From: a virus
DNA: 64,000 nt
Virus record (IMG/VR): IMGVR_UViG_3300025137_000020
Location: 32,001-96,000 of that record
Reading direction: 5' to 3' (one strand)
The notes under the pieces were generated by a model that saw only the letters and a list, made by a program, of their open reading frames with translations, was not told the DNA's origin and ran no database searches. Shown in pieces: positions 40,343-48,965 of this stretch. Both the position numbers and the translations under genes were made by a program. Position 1 is the first letter of the stretch. Every line of letters begins with the position of its first letter.

Positions 40343-41842
40343 CTAATAACCTCCACCGCCACCAGAAGGAGCACCGCCACCAGAAGGAGCACCGCCACCA
40401 CCAGCAGAACCACCTGATGAAAAACCTCCACCACCACCAGTAGAAGCAGTAGATATGATTCCATTAGTACTTCCTACCCGAGTAAGACCTTGATTGAGTT
40501 TCCGTTTAAATTCTTTTACAAAATCTTCAATTAATTCAGGCCGGACAATTTTAATTCGACTTTTTTCATCATTCACACGTATTGCTGATTGATAATTACT
40601 AACATAATTCATTGGTTCTTGACCTTCTACTGCAAGTTCATTTCCATATGTTAAGTATTTGTATTCGCCATCAGCGTCAAGATATTGTTTTCGCTGAATA
40701 CCGTTTAGCATATCATGCGCATTAATTTTATCGTCAAGATTTGCTGGGTCACCGCCTTGTCTGTAATAATATGCAGGGGCATTTCTTGCTGAAACAAATG
40801 AATGTTCTTTACCATCGGCTTGGCGTCTATACGGCTGAAGACCATACCACTTCATGTTTCCGTTAACGTACCAAGGAGTAAAATAATTTCTAAAAACGTT
40901 TAATGCAGCTTGAGTTCTTCCAATAGAAACATCTCTCGTCTGGTCTTGAAATTCTCTTAGAGGTAAATTATTATAGGCTAGTATATTACCGTCTACAGTA
41001 GTTTGGTTAGCTTGGCCAATAATTTGTGTTTCGAACCACTCAAATAAATGTTCACACCATTCAACTCTTTCTGCCGTCATAAGATTCTTATAAAACGGAC
41101 CCGGTTCCATGTGATTCGCACCGTCGCCTTCCCTATAACCATTCTCCGAATTTTCTCCTATAATTGGCCAATCGTTAAACGTAAATGACATCGTACCTTG
41201 ATGTGCCTCGCTAGCCCATGTTCCTAACGCGTTTTGCTGAAAATTTAAAACGGGGGTTTGTAATAAAGTGTTCTTTAACTCTAATTTAGCATCACCCATG
41301 AACAAATTTCTATTAGAAAAATCTTTTAGGTATAATTGATTTAGCCCTTGGTCCCATTTTACAATTGAAGCCGTGGAAAAATTTCTATAAACTTTTAAAT
41401 CTTCGTAAGATAAATCTAAACCCGCTAAGCTATTTGATATATGCTCGTATTCTTTAGTTTCGGGGTCATTGTCTTCTTCTAATTGTCCCGTCGCTACAAC
41501 AATCTTATCTCTAATAACTGGGTTTAACGTAAATACGCCAATATTATCATACTCATTTGTAAATTCTGTTTCAATAGAAGAAGAGGCTTGAGGCCAATCA
41601 TCTAAACCAGCTTTTAAACTTTCATTTATAATAAAGAACGTCCAATAATAATCTGGTGTACCATATAGCCTTTGCGATAAATTGTCTGGTCTTTCACCAT
41701 CTCCGACCGTTATCAATCGATACGATGCAATATCAGAAGCGAGAATGTCATTAACGTCTACGTGGCGGAATAAATCAACAATCGCTTTAGGCTGATTGCC
41801 TATTTGTAATTGTGTAAATGGAAATTGGCTGAAAAAACTCAT
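40343..41842 (-). CDS. gp53: Baseplate wedge subunit gp53 (enlarged)
   Basis: FFSQFP, GERPDNLSQRLYGTPDYYWTFFIIN...DWP, VSNYQ...NDEKSRIKIVRP. Confidence 0.88.
   Translation of the reverse strand: MSFFSQFPFTQLQIGNQPKAIVDLFRHVDVNDILASDIASYRLITVGDGERPDNLSQRLYGTPDYYWTFFIINESLKAGLDDWPQASSSIETEFTNEYDNIGVFTLNPVIRDKIVVATGQLEEDNDPETKEYEHISNSLAGLDLSYEDLKVYRNFSTASIVKWDQGLNQLYLKDFSNRNLFMGDAKLELKNTLLQTPVLNFQQNALGTWASEAHQGTMSFTFNDWPIIGENSENGYREGDGANHMEPGPFYKNLMTAERVEWCEHLFEWFETQIIGQANQTTVDGNILAYNNLPLREFQDQTRDVSIGRTQAALNVFRNYFTPWYVNGNMKWYGLQPYRRQADGKEHSFVSARNAPAYYYRQGGDPANLDDKINAHDMLNGIQRKQYLDADGEYKYLTYGNELAVEGQEPMNYVSNYQSAIRVNDEKSRIKIVRPELIEDFVKEFKRKLNQGLTRVGSTNGIISTASTGGGGGFSSGGSAGGGGAPSGGGAPSGGGGGY
40353..40400. 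repeat. 18-bp tandem repeat encoding the Gly-rich gp53 tail (GGGAPS x2)
   Basis: accgccaccagaaggagc occurs twice in tandem, followed by a partial third copy. Confidence 0.8.
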
Positions 41843-42999
41843 AGTACTCTTTGGTCCTTGTTATATGCTTTGTCGACCCCACCACCACCTTTGACCAGTC
41901 CGACATCCGTTTCAACAAATCCTTCTCCATAATTAAGAGCGGTGGCACGGGATGTTCCTTTATTACTAATGCCCCTTGCATTCATCATATCGTCGTCATC
42001 AGCACCTTCAGTACTATATTTTTCAATCATATTGTGAAGGTTATCGATATCGGTTCTTTCTAGAGCTCTTGCTTCTTGGAATGTCATTGATATATCGACT
42101 TCAAGTGGTGCACCATCTACGTGCCATACAGGCGCAGTAGTATTGAACGTAGAATTAAAATTTTGAAGGTAGCATGCCATGATACCAGGCAAAAATTTAT
42201 TTGTCATAACACCCTTATCATTAATTCCTGTTAAAAATTCAATTTCCCATATAGCAGGATATTGTAAAAAACCAGCAGAATCTGATTTACCTTGATTTAA
42301 TCTTCCGGCGTACATATATCTTCTAAATCTATGATGTATATGTCTAATTGCCAATGCTTCTTCTTGACTATCTGCAATCATTTTGAAATTAAAGGTAAAA
42401 GAACGAATACCAGACCCTTGGAATGCAGTATTTTGAAATGGATTAGCAACGATTCGATTTGCAAATGTAACTTTATCTACAAACCCTTCAGCTCCTGCTA
42501 ACTTAGCTCCAGCAATTCCTAATTTACCTAAGGCCTGAACAATAGTACCACTTTTAGTAAAATTGCCACCAAGTGAAGCAACACCAGCATCTTTGTTACC
42601 TTCTGTTCTATTTAATCCATCACTCAATCCCGCACCGAACATTCCTAAATCAATAGTAGAAAGCGCTGCATTATCAGCAAATGCGATATTAGCAGGACAT
42701 GGAAAATATGTAGCTCTTCGTACTAAATTAAATATTTTTTCTCCACTTTTTTTAATGTCTTCTCGTTCAAAACAAGTAAAGCGAACCTGCGGCCGGGCAG
42801 TATTAGAATTTAAATTTAGAGGATATCTTAAGTCCTCTCTAGATACTACGGTCCTGTCTGGTATTAGAGCGTCAGCTCCTTGGCCTAAAAGATTTCCTTT
42901 AGTAATTGCACCTTCTCCAGTTGGTTTGACAGAGGTTTGCTTGTTCTGGCCAAGCCCGAGTACATCTGAGCCGAAGCTTTGGGAACTCCAACCAGCCAT
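41839..42999 (-). CDS. gp48: Baseplate tail-tube cap gp48
   Basis: LRYPL, NPFQNTAFQGSGIRSFTFNFKMIADSQEEA, FLQYPAIWEIEF, DGAPLEVDISMTFQE. Confidence 0.88.
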   Translation of the reverse strand: MAGWSSQSFGSDVLGLGQNKQTSVKPTGEGAITKGNLLGQGADALIPDRTVVSREDLRYPLNLNSNTARPQVRFTCFEREDIKKSGEKIFNLVRRATYFPCPANIAFADNAALSTIDLGMFGAGLSDGLNRTEGNKDAGVASLGGNFTKSGTIVQALGKLGIAGAKLAGAEGFVDKVTFANRIVANPFQNTAFQGSGIRSFTFNFKMIADSQEEALAIRHIHHRFRRYMYAGRLNQGKSDSAGFLQYPAIWEIEFLTGINDKGVMTNKFLPGIMACYLQNFNSTFNTTAPVWHVDGAPLEVDISMTFQEARALERTDIDNLHNMIEKYSTEGADDDDMMNARGISNKGTSRATALNYGEGFVETDVGLVKGGGGVDKAYNKDQRVL

Positions 43000-43022
43000 C
43001 AGATTATACCCCTTTTAAACGT

Positions 43023-43030
43023 TATAAATA
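43023..43030 (+). promoter_or_regulatory. T4-type late promoter for the gp4 operon
   Basis: Exact TATAAATA on the plus strand upstream of ATG 43060. Confidence 0.85.
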
Positions 43031-43042
43031 CCATCATAACTC

Positions 43043-43050
43043 TATTTATA
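43043..43050 (-). promoter_or_regulatory. T4-type late promoter for the gp48-gp53-gp5 operon
   Basis: Exact TATAAATA on the minus strand upstream of gp48. Confidence 0.85.
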
Positions 43051-43059
43051 AAAAATGTT

Positions 43060-43506
43060 ATGGCATACCGCGGAAAATATAAAGTTAAGAAACCAGAAAA
43101 ATACGAAGGTGATTTTAAAAATGTAGTGTACCGTTCTCTTTGGGAAAGACAGTTCTTTAGGTGGTGTGAAGATAATAGCGAAGTAGTTCGTTGGGGTTCT
43201 GAAACTGTTGTAATTCCGTATAGATGTAAAACCGACAATAAAATGCATCGATATTTTATGGACGTTAAGGTCAAATTTAAAGATGGTAGAACAATACTGG
43301 TTGAAATAAAACCTGAAATACAGACAAAACCACCCAAAAAGGGTTCTCGTAAAACAAAAAAGTATTTGAACGAGGTCATGACTTATATAAAAAATACTTC
43401 TAAATGGAATCAGGCCGAAAAGTATTGTGATGCCCGTGGGTGGGAGTTTAAAATCTTCACAGAAAAAACACTTAAATCGCTTGGTATACGCTTGCTAAAC
43501 TCATAA
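43060..43506 (+). CDS. gp4: Head completion nuclease gp4
   Basis: Start placed at ATG 43060: MAYRGKY..KKPEKYEGD...VYRSLWER, WGSE, HRYFMD, LVEIKP (TnsA-like PD-(D/E)xK). Confidence 0.93.
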   Translation: MAYRGKYKVKKPEKYEGDFKNVVYRSLWERQFFRWCEDNSEVVRWGSETVVIPYRCKTDNKMHRYFMDVKVKFKDGRTILVEIKPEIQTKPPKKGSRKTKKYLNEVMTYIKNTSKWNQAEKYCDARGWEFKIFTEKTLKSLGIRLLNS

Positions 43507-43509
43507 ATA
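43502..43509 (+). promoter_or_regulatory. Variant late promoter (CATAAATA) upstream of gp2
   Basis: 7/8 match, 5 nt before ATG 43515, the same spacing as other late promoters here. Confidence 0.6.
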
Positions 43510-43514
43510 GAGTT

Positions 43515-44105
43515 ATGGCAACGTCTTTATTAAAAAAGTTTGAGGGTGGATTATCTTATAATGAGATTGAATCCTATACGTCTAAAGCCCGCACTTGGTA
43601 TTTAAACGAATTACAAGGTATGCGGATGAATAGACAAGCTCTGATTAGAGACCCCGAAACAATTAAAAAAGCGAGGCCATTGCCAGGAAGAATGTTCATG
43701 TTTTTTTATGACGCTAAGCATAAAGCTACTTTGCCATACTACGATCGTTTTCCGCTAATTCTTATGGTTGAATCCGCAGCACCTAAAAAAGGTTTTTACG
43801 GTTTAAATTTTCATTACTTAGATTATAGAAAAAGAGCAATTCTCCTTTCAAGACTTTTACAGTATTCAAATAACAAAAAATACGACGAATCAACTCGATT
43901 GAGATTGAGTTATAAATTATTAAAGGGCGCATCTAAGTTGGCCGCATTCAAACCATGCTTTAAGCACTATTTACCTAGCCAAATAAAAAGCCAAATAAAA
44001 ATGGTTCCGGCTGATTATTGGGAAACCGCACTATTCTTTCCGAGTGAACAATTTAAAGGAGCATCAAAAAATGCAGTATTTTCTGATAGTAGGAGACAAA
44101 TCTAA
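43515..44105 (+). CDS. gp2: DNA end protector protein gp2
   Basis: PGRMFMFFYDAKHKATLPYYDRFPLI, GLNFHYL, KPCFKHYL. Confidence 0.93.
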   Translation: MATSLLKKFEGGLSYNEIESYTSKARTWYLNELQGMRMNRQALIRDPETIKKARPLPGRMFMFFYDAKHKATLPYYDRFPLILMVESAAPKKGFYGLNFHYLDYRKRAILLSRLLQYSNNKKYDESTRLRLSYKLLKGASKLAAFKPCFKHYLPSQIKSQIKMVPADYWETALFFPSEQFKGASKNAVFSDSRRQI

Positions 44106-44800
44106 TGGGATTATTTGATTCAATAAAAAAATTAGCTAGTAATGGCGGACAGGGCCATCGGGTTGATGACTTAAAAGCTGTTATTGGTAAAAGAGGCGGT
44201 ATCGCAAAAACCAATCGGTTTGTTGTGATCATGACCCCACCAGCAGCTACGTTGCTCAATAAAGATTTTAAAGGACTTCTTTTTCAAGGTCTTACTGGTA
44301 ATTTAGGACTAAATGATTTCTTTAACGACCCACGAGATATAGCGATGCTTTGCAGGAGCTGTACATTACCTGGACGCTCAATAAATACTCTAGAATTTCC
44401 AAAAGAAGGTTATAAAAATCAGGTAAAATATCCAACCTCATATGTAAATGAAGACGTGAGTTTTAATTTTCTGCTAACAAATGATTATTATATGAAAAAG
44501 GTTTTTGACGATTGGCAAGCTTTAGTTTTTGACCAAACTAATCATACTATTTCTTATAAGACGACTTATACGTCTGATGTTATTATTCAACAATTAGATC
44601 AAGATAATAATGTAGTATTTGGCGTAAAATTAAGTAATGCATATCCAACAGCAATTAATAGTATTGCATTAGACAATAATCAATCAGACGCGGTTCAAGA
44701 ACTCCAAGTAACAATGACATACGATGACTTTGCACCTGAAGGCGCACTAAGTTCTATTGTATCAGGTCTAAAAGAAGTATTAGACTTCAAATTATTTTAA
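44105..44800 (+). CDS. gp54: Tail-tube initiator (gp54/gp19-like fold)
   Basis: GIAKTNRFVV, CRSCTLPGR, KKVFDDWQ, IQQLD, LSNAYPTAINSIAL, LQVTMTY. Confidence 0.75.
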   Translation: MGLFDSIKKLASNGGQGHRVDDLKAVIGKRGGIAKTNRFVVIMTPPAATLLNKDFKGLLFQGLTGNLGLNDFFNDPRDIAMLCRSCTLPGRSINTLEFPKEGYKNQVKYPTSYVNEDVSFNFLLTNDYYMKKVFDDWQALVFDQTNHTISYKTTYTSDVIIQQLDQDNNVVFGVKLSNAYPTAINSIALDNNQSDAVQELQVTMTYDDFAPEGALSSIVSGLKEVLDFKLF

Positions 44801-44832
44801 CAACAACTAAATTATAAAAGAAAAATTAAATT

Positions 44833-45540
44833 ATGGCACTACCTAAATTAGAAACCCCTACCTATGAGACAACTATTCCGTCTACAGGTAAGACGATTGA
44901 GTATCGACCTTTTCTTGTAAAAGAAGAAAAAATATTGATGATGGCTCAAGAATCGCAGGACACTGCGCAAGCAATTGGAGCATTGAAAAAAATTATTAGC
45001 TCTTGTACGTTTGGAAAGGTCGACCCTAACGAGTTGACTACATACGACGCGGAGTTCTTATTTCTTCAATTGCGAATTAAAAGTGTTGGAGAAACTGTTG
45101 AATTTCAAATTAAGTGCAGTGATCCAGATTGTGACGGAATGACTGACGTTATTGTAGACTTAACTCAGGTTGACGTAATAATGCCTGAGGAACCGCCAGT
45201 AACTAATATTAAGTTAAATGATAACATCGGTATGACACTTAAAGAAGTTACGCTTAAAGATGCAATAGGTTTATCTGGCAAAGAAATGGAGGATATTACC
45301 GGCCTTGTTGCGACAGTAATTGACACAATATACGACGACGAAAAGGTCTATAATGTTAAAGACGTACCAAAGAAAGAACTGGCTACATTTATTGATTCGC
45401 TTAATCACAATCAACTAGAGCTCGTAACAGAATTTATACAGAAGCAACCACAAATTAAAAAGGAAATAAGATATACATGCGTAAAATGCGGTAAAGAAAA
45501 TGTTATAGTGCTAAGCGGCCTACAGGATTTTTTCGCCTAG
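44833..45540 (+). CDS. gp26: Baseplate hub assembly protein gp26
   Basis: MALPKLETPTY..TIPSTGK.I.YRPFLVKEEKILMMA, LFLQLRIKSVGE, two Cys pairs (CSDPDC, CVKC), ends LSGLQDFFA. Confidence 0.92.
   Translation: MALPKLETPTYETTIPSTGKTIEYRPFLVKEEKILMMAQESQDTAQAIGALKKIISSCTFGKVDPNELTTYDAEFLFLQLRIKSVGETVEFQIKCSDPDCDGMTDVIVDLTQVDVIMPEEPPVTNIKLNDNIGMTLKEVTLKDAIGLSGKEMEDITGLVATVIDTIYDDEKVYNVKDVPKKELATFIDSLNHNQLELVTEFIQKQPQIKKEIRYTCVKCGKENVIVLSGLQDFFA
45528..45534 (+). promoter_or_regulatory. Candidate -1 ribosomal frameshift heptamer T_TTT_TTC
   Basis: gp26 frame reads CAG GAT TTT TTC GCC TAG; the X_XXY_YYZ heptamer is correctly phased and the -1 frame is open into gp51. Confidence 0.7.
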
Positions 45541-45728
45541 GCCTTTCACATGATTCATTAACTAATCATTATCAAACTAACTTTTCTATGATGCAGCATC
45601 ATAAATATAGCTTGACAGAATTAGAAACCATGTTACCGTGGGAAAGGCAAATTTACACAACCCTACTCATTCAACACATTAAAGAAGAAAACGATAAAAT
45701 AGAACAGCAAAATAGAAGCTCTGCCTAA
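45528..45728 (+). CDS. gp51: gp51-like hub assembly catalyst frame (probably reached by -1 frameshift from gp26)
   Basis: Hand translation: FFRLGLSHDSLTNHYQTNFSMMQHHKYSLTELETMLPWERQIYTTLLIQHIKEENDKIEQQNRSSA*; first ATG only at 45588; stop overlaps the next ATG. Confidence 0.8.
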   Translation, partial: FFRLGLSHDSLTNHYQTNFSMMQHHKYSLTELETMLPWERQIYTTLLIQHIKEENDKIEQQNRSSA

Positions 45729-47866
45729 TGGATATAGACAATATAATCAAAAATAGTAAAACGCTATCGCAATTGACGAAAGATATTTCGAAAATTGCTA
45801 AAAATGGCGGCGGTGGCGGTGTGGGTGGAAAGGTCGCTCAAGGCGCGACAGGAATTAATCGAATTGACCAAAAGATTGATGATGTCAAATCTGCGCTTGG
45901 TAATAATACTACGGTTCAGTTTTTTAAAGACCCCGCCGCAGTGTTAGGGAAAGGAATGAGAGGAGTTATACAACCTTTTACTGACTTTTTGCCAAATATG
46001 GTAGATCAGCTTAAAAAATTTAATCCATTTGGTAATGGAAGTAATAAAGGAGTAGCTAAATCATTAAGTCGCTTATCAGAAGCTACTGAAAATAATACAA
46101 GATTGCTTGAAATCATATCTGGTAATACTTTAAGTGGAGATGAAATTGCGGGTGGTATGCAAGAAGCATTAGGCCAGACCGTAATGAGAGATTCGGTTAA
46201 GCAATTGAATTTACAAGATTCTTCGTTAAAAGAACTTTCGCTGCTGAGAACGCAATTCGCTGTATTGCCAGACCAAATGATAGGTGTATTAGCTAAACCA
46301 ATCAATAGTGCTATCGGCGCTTCGATGAAGGGTGTAAAGAATTTTGGTAATATGCTGTTCAAAAAAGATAAAGGCGAGGAGCAAGTTAAAGGCCTATCGC
46401 AGGTTCAGCATGAGCTAGCTCAATTTGGTAAAGTGTCCAGCAGTGATACTGAAGCAGAAATGCACCAAAAACAATCTCATCACAATGAATTATTGCAGGC
46501 TAACAATTCACTTCTTAGTGGTTCAATGGCAGATAAACTATCGGCAGAACACCTCCACAATATCGAAAACATTCTATTAGGAGATACTGACGTTAGCCAA
46601 GAAAAATTAAAATTTGATATTCGCGAGAGAAGACGAATGTTGGCTCAAGACCAAGCGATGGCTGAGTCAAAGCGCGATGATATGACTCGCCAAACCGAGC
46701 TGTTCGAGGGCATCGGCGCTAAACTAGAAGCTATTGGTGATGCTTTAGGCATGGGTGGTGAGAATGGTAAAACCTCTAAAAAAGCAGGCGGTATATTTGA
46801 TTGGATTAAGAAAAACTTTATGGGCATTGGCGGCGGATTACTTGCTGGTGCTACAATTGGCGGTGGTGCTATCAGTGGATTATTCTTAGGAATGATTAAT
46901 GTACTAACTGAAGGCTTTAGGATTTTGGGACGAAGACGAGTAATGGTTACTCGAGGAGCTGGTGTATTAGCTATTATGGGGCTTTCTCTTCTTCCATTCG
47001 CGGGGTCTTTAGCTGTATTAAATAAAGCAATGAATGGATTTACTTTAAAGAAAGTGGGAGTCTTCGCTGCGATGTTAGGAGTCTTAGGAGCAACTATAGC
47101 TGGATTCGCGATTGCTATTGCGACTGGCGTTGGTGGCGTTGCGGTGGCGGGAGCAATTGGTTTATTAGCTCTTTTAGGCGCGGCTTTGCTGCCATTTGGC
47201 AAAGCTATTAGTATGGCAGGAGATGGTATTGAACCTGCAGCCGACTTATTCTCAGCGCTTGCAGCGGTTAAATGGAGTTCTTTCTTTTTAGCTGGCCCAG
47301 CATTAAATGCATTAGCTTCTTCTTTAAGAGCCTTTAAAGGATTGCCCGATATTGCAGGTGATAATTCTTCCGCATTTGGTATGATCGGTGGAATTAGTGA
47401 CAAAATTACTGCATCATTGCCCAATGCGGCTAAGCCAATTCAAGATTTTAATACAGCTCTTGCCGGACTCTCTTCTATAAAACTTGACAATAGTATTGGC
47501 AATGCTCTAAGTGGAATATATAAAGCTGTAGATAAGCGAGACTTTCAGAAAAGACTAGAAGCTGCTGGTAAAGGTATGAAATCACTACTAGGTTCTATTA
47601 ATTCAGAGCTTAACAAGATGGAAGGTCGAGCACTTGATAAAGTCATGCAACTATTAAATAGTGGTGAAACGTCTATCGATTTGATTGGGTCAACTAATAC
47701 TACTGGTGCACAAATGTACGCTGGAAGTGCTATGGGCCCTAATGGAAATGGAGGGTCATTTATTAATGTTGATAATTCTACTGGTGGTACTAGTACAAAT
47801 ATTCAAGTTACTCAACAGACTCTACCGCACGTTAATGATACTACGATGTCATTATTACGCGCATAA
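45728..47866 (+). CDS. Tape measure protein candidate (gp29-like)
   Basis: 712 aa, mostly helical, Ala/Gly-rich hydrophobic segment in the central to C-terminal part; follows tube initiator, gp26 and gp51. Confidence 0.68.
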   Translation: MDIDNIIKNSKTLSQLTKDISKIAKNGGGGGVGGKVAQGATGINRIDQKIDDVKSALGNNTTVQFFKDPAAVLGKGMRGVIQPFTDFLPNMVDQLKKFNPFGNGSNKGVAKSLSRLSEATENNTRLLEIISGNTLSGDEIAGGMQEALGQTVMRDSVKQLNLQDSSLKELSLLRTQFAVLPDQMIGVLAKPINSAIGASMKGVKNFGNMLFKKDKGEEQVKGLSQVQHELAQFGKVSSSDTEAEMHQKQSHHNELLQANNSLLSGSMADKLSAEHLHNIENILLGDTDVSQEKLKFDIRERRRMLAQDQAMAESKRDDMTRQTELFEGIGAKLEAIGDALGMGGENGKTSKKAGGIFDWIKKNFMGIGGGLLAGATIGGGAISGLFLGMINVLTEGFRILGRRRVMVTRGAGVLAIMGLSLLPFAGSLAVLNKAMNGFTLKKVGVFAAMLGVLGATIAGFAIAIATGVGGVAVAGAIGLLALLGAALLPFGKAISMAGDGIEPAADLFSALAAVKWSSFFLAGPALNALASSLRAFKGLPDIAGDNSSAFGMIGGISDKITASLPNAAKPIQDFNTALAGLSSIKLDNSIGNALSGIYKAVDKRDFQKRLEAAGKGMKSLLGSINSELNKMEGRALDKVMQLLNSGETSIDLIGSTNTTGAQMYAGSAMGPNGNGGSFINVDNSTGGTSTNIQVTQQTLPHVNDTTMSLLRA

Positions 47867-47873
47867 TATAAAA

Positions 47874-47950
47874 TGGTACTCCGAGCAGGACTCGAACCTG
47901 CGACCCACGGTTTAGAAAACCGTTGCTCTATCCAACTGAGCTATCGGAGC
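47874..47950 (-). tRNA. tRNA-Arg (anticodon TCT)
   Basis: Reverse complement GCTCCGATAGCTCAGTTGGATAGAGCA-ACGGT TT TCT AA ACCGT-GGGTCGCAGGTTCGAGTCCTGC-TCGGAGTACCA; cloverleaf with encoded CCA. Confidence 0.95.
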
Positions 47951-47951
47951 A

Positions 47952-47980
47952 TAAAAAAGGCCACCCCGAAAGATGGCCTT
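47952..47980 (-). terminator. Rho-independent terminator after gp32 (UUCG loop)
   Basis: Minus strand AAGGCCATCT-TTCG-GGGTGGCCTT followed by TTTT. Confidence 0.85.
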
Positions 47981-47997
47981 CTCGTTAATTATTCATT

Positions 47998-48891
47998 TTA
48001 CTCTTGAGCGAGCTTCGCGAAGAACGACATTGCGTCATCATCTTCACTCTTAGCTGCTGCTGGAGCGGGAGTCGAGGGTGTATCCGTATAAGGTACATCT
48101 TCGTCTAGAACAACAGACTCAGCTGTTGTGTGAGTGTTTGATACTTCAGTCTCACCGATTACTTCGAAGAGTTTCTTCTTCAGATCGCCATAAGACTTGT
48201 ATTGCTCTGGGTCAATATACTCACCAAGATTGTGAAGACCACCATAGACAGATTCAAGCTTAGCATCTTCAGCACCAAGGAACTCTGACGAATCAGCGAA
48301 CTCAGATTTATCGTAGTTACGATAACCTTCTACTTGGCGGATCTTCAACTTGAAGTCTGCACCACCCCAAAAATCGAAAGGATTTACAGGTGTTTCGTCT
48401 TGAAACTGTGGTTGCATTACATCCATAATCTTGTCAAAGATTTTCTTACCATACTGGTAAAGGAATACTTTACCTTCATTTTCTGGTGCAGATGGATCGC
48501 TTACGACATAGATGTTAGATACATAGTGCAAACGACGCTTACGGTCACGAGCAACTTGTTTATCTTCTTCTCTGCCTGAGTTCCACAGTTGTGAGTTCAT
48601 TTCTGATACAGGATCGTCTTTACCAATAGAGGTAAGTGACTTCTCGATGTACCAACGACCTGTTGGCCCTTTGAACCCGTGGTCCCAGTATCTAACCCAA
48701 GGTACATCTTGACCTTCGGCTGCTGGAAGAAACCGAATAACGGCATATCCGTTACCAGCCTTATCGACTGTTGGTTTCCATTCACGTTCGTCCTTGTAGG
48801 ACTTCTTCTCTCCACCTCCTGCTGTTTCCGCCGCAGCCAACAATTTTCCAATTGTGGTGTCTCTAGCTGCCTTCATATTTTGGAATGACAT
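47998..48891 (-). CDS. gp32: Single-stranded DNA-binding protein gp32
   Basis: WKPTVDKAGNGYAVIRFLPA, HGFKGPTGRWYIE, YGKKIFDKI, NPFDFWGGADFKLKIR, acidic C-terminal tail. Confidence 0.96.
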   Translation of the reverse strand: MSFQNMKAARDTTIGKLLAAAETAGGGEKKSYKDEREWKPTVDKAGNGYAVIRFLPAAEGQDVPWVRYWDHGFKGPTGRWYIEKSLTSIGKDDPVSEMNSQLWNSGREEDKQVARDRKRRLHYVSNIYVVSDPSAPENEGKVFLYQYGKKIFDKIMDVMQPQFQDETPVNPFDFWGGADFKLKIRQVEGYRNYDKSEFADSSEFLGAEDAKLESVYGGLHNLGEYIDPEQYKSYGDLKKKLFEVIGETEVSNTHTTAESVVLDEDVPYTDTPSTPAPAAAKSEDDDAMSFFAKLAQE

Positions 48892-48936
48892 ATTATTTTA
48901 TCTTTCTGTTTGTTATTATTATTTTGTATATACAAT

Positions 48937-48965
48937 ATATTACACTGTATGTTCTAAGTTGTAAA
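48937..48965 (-). promoter_or_regulatory. Sigma70-type promoter upstream of gp32
   Basis: TTTACA-17 bp-TAATAT; shares an identical 15-mer with the uvsX promoter. Confidence 0.7.

Noticed and set aside
45538-45540. Stop-codon read-through as the route from gp26 to gp51
   Set aside because: The zero frame after TAG hits TGA within four codons; the gp51-like sequence is in the -1 frame.
1521-47424. Many antisense or alternative-frame ORFs over structural genes (e.g. 2941-3390, 15382-15927, 20655-21200, 46645-47424)
   Set aside because: Shadow frames of long Gly/Thr/Ala-rich genes; no motifs, promoters or coupling.
48892-48950. T4 gene 32-type autoregulatory pseudoknot upstream of gp32
   Set aside because: The leader is A/U-rich and compatible with unstructured autoregulation, but I could not find pseudoknot stems.
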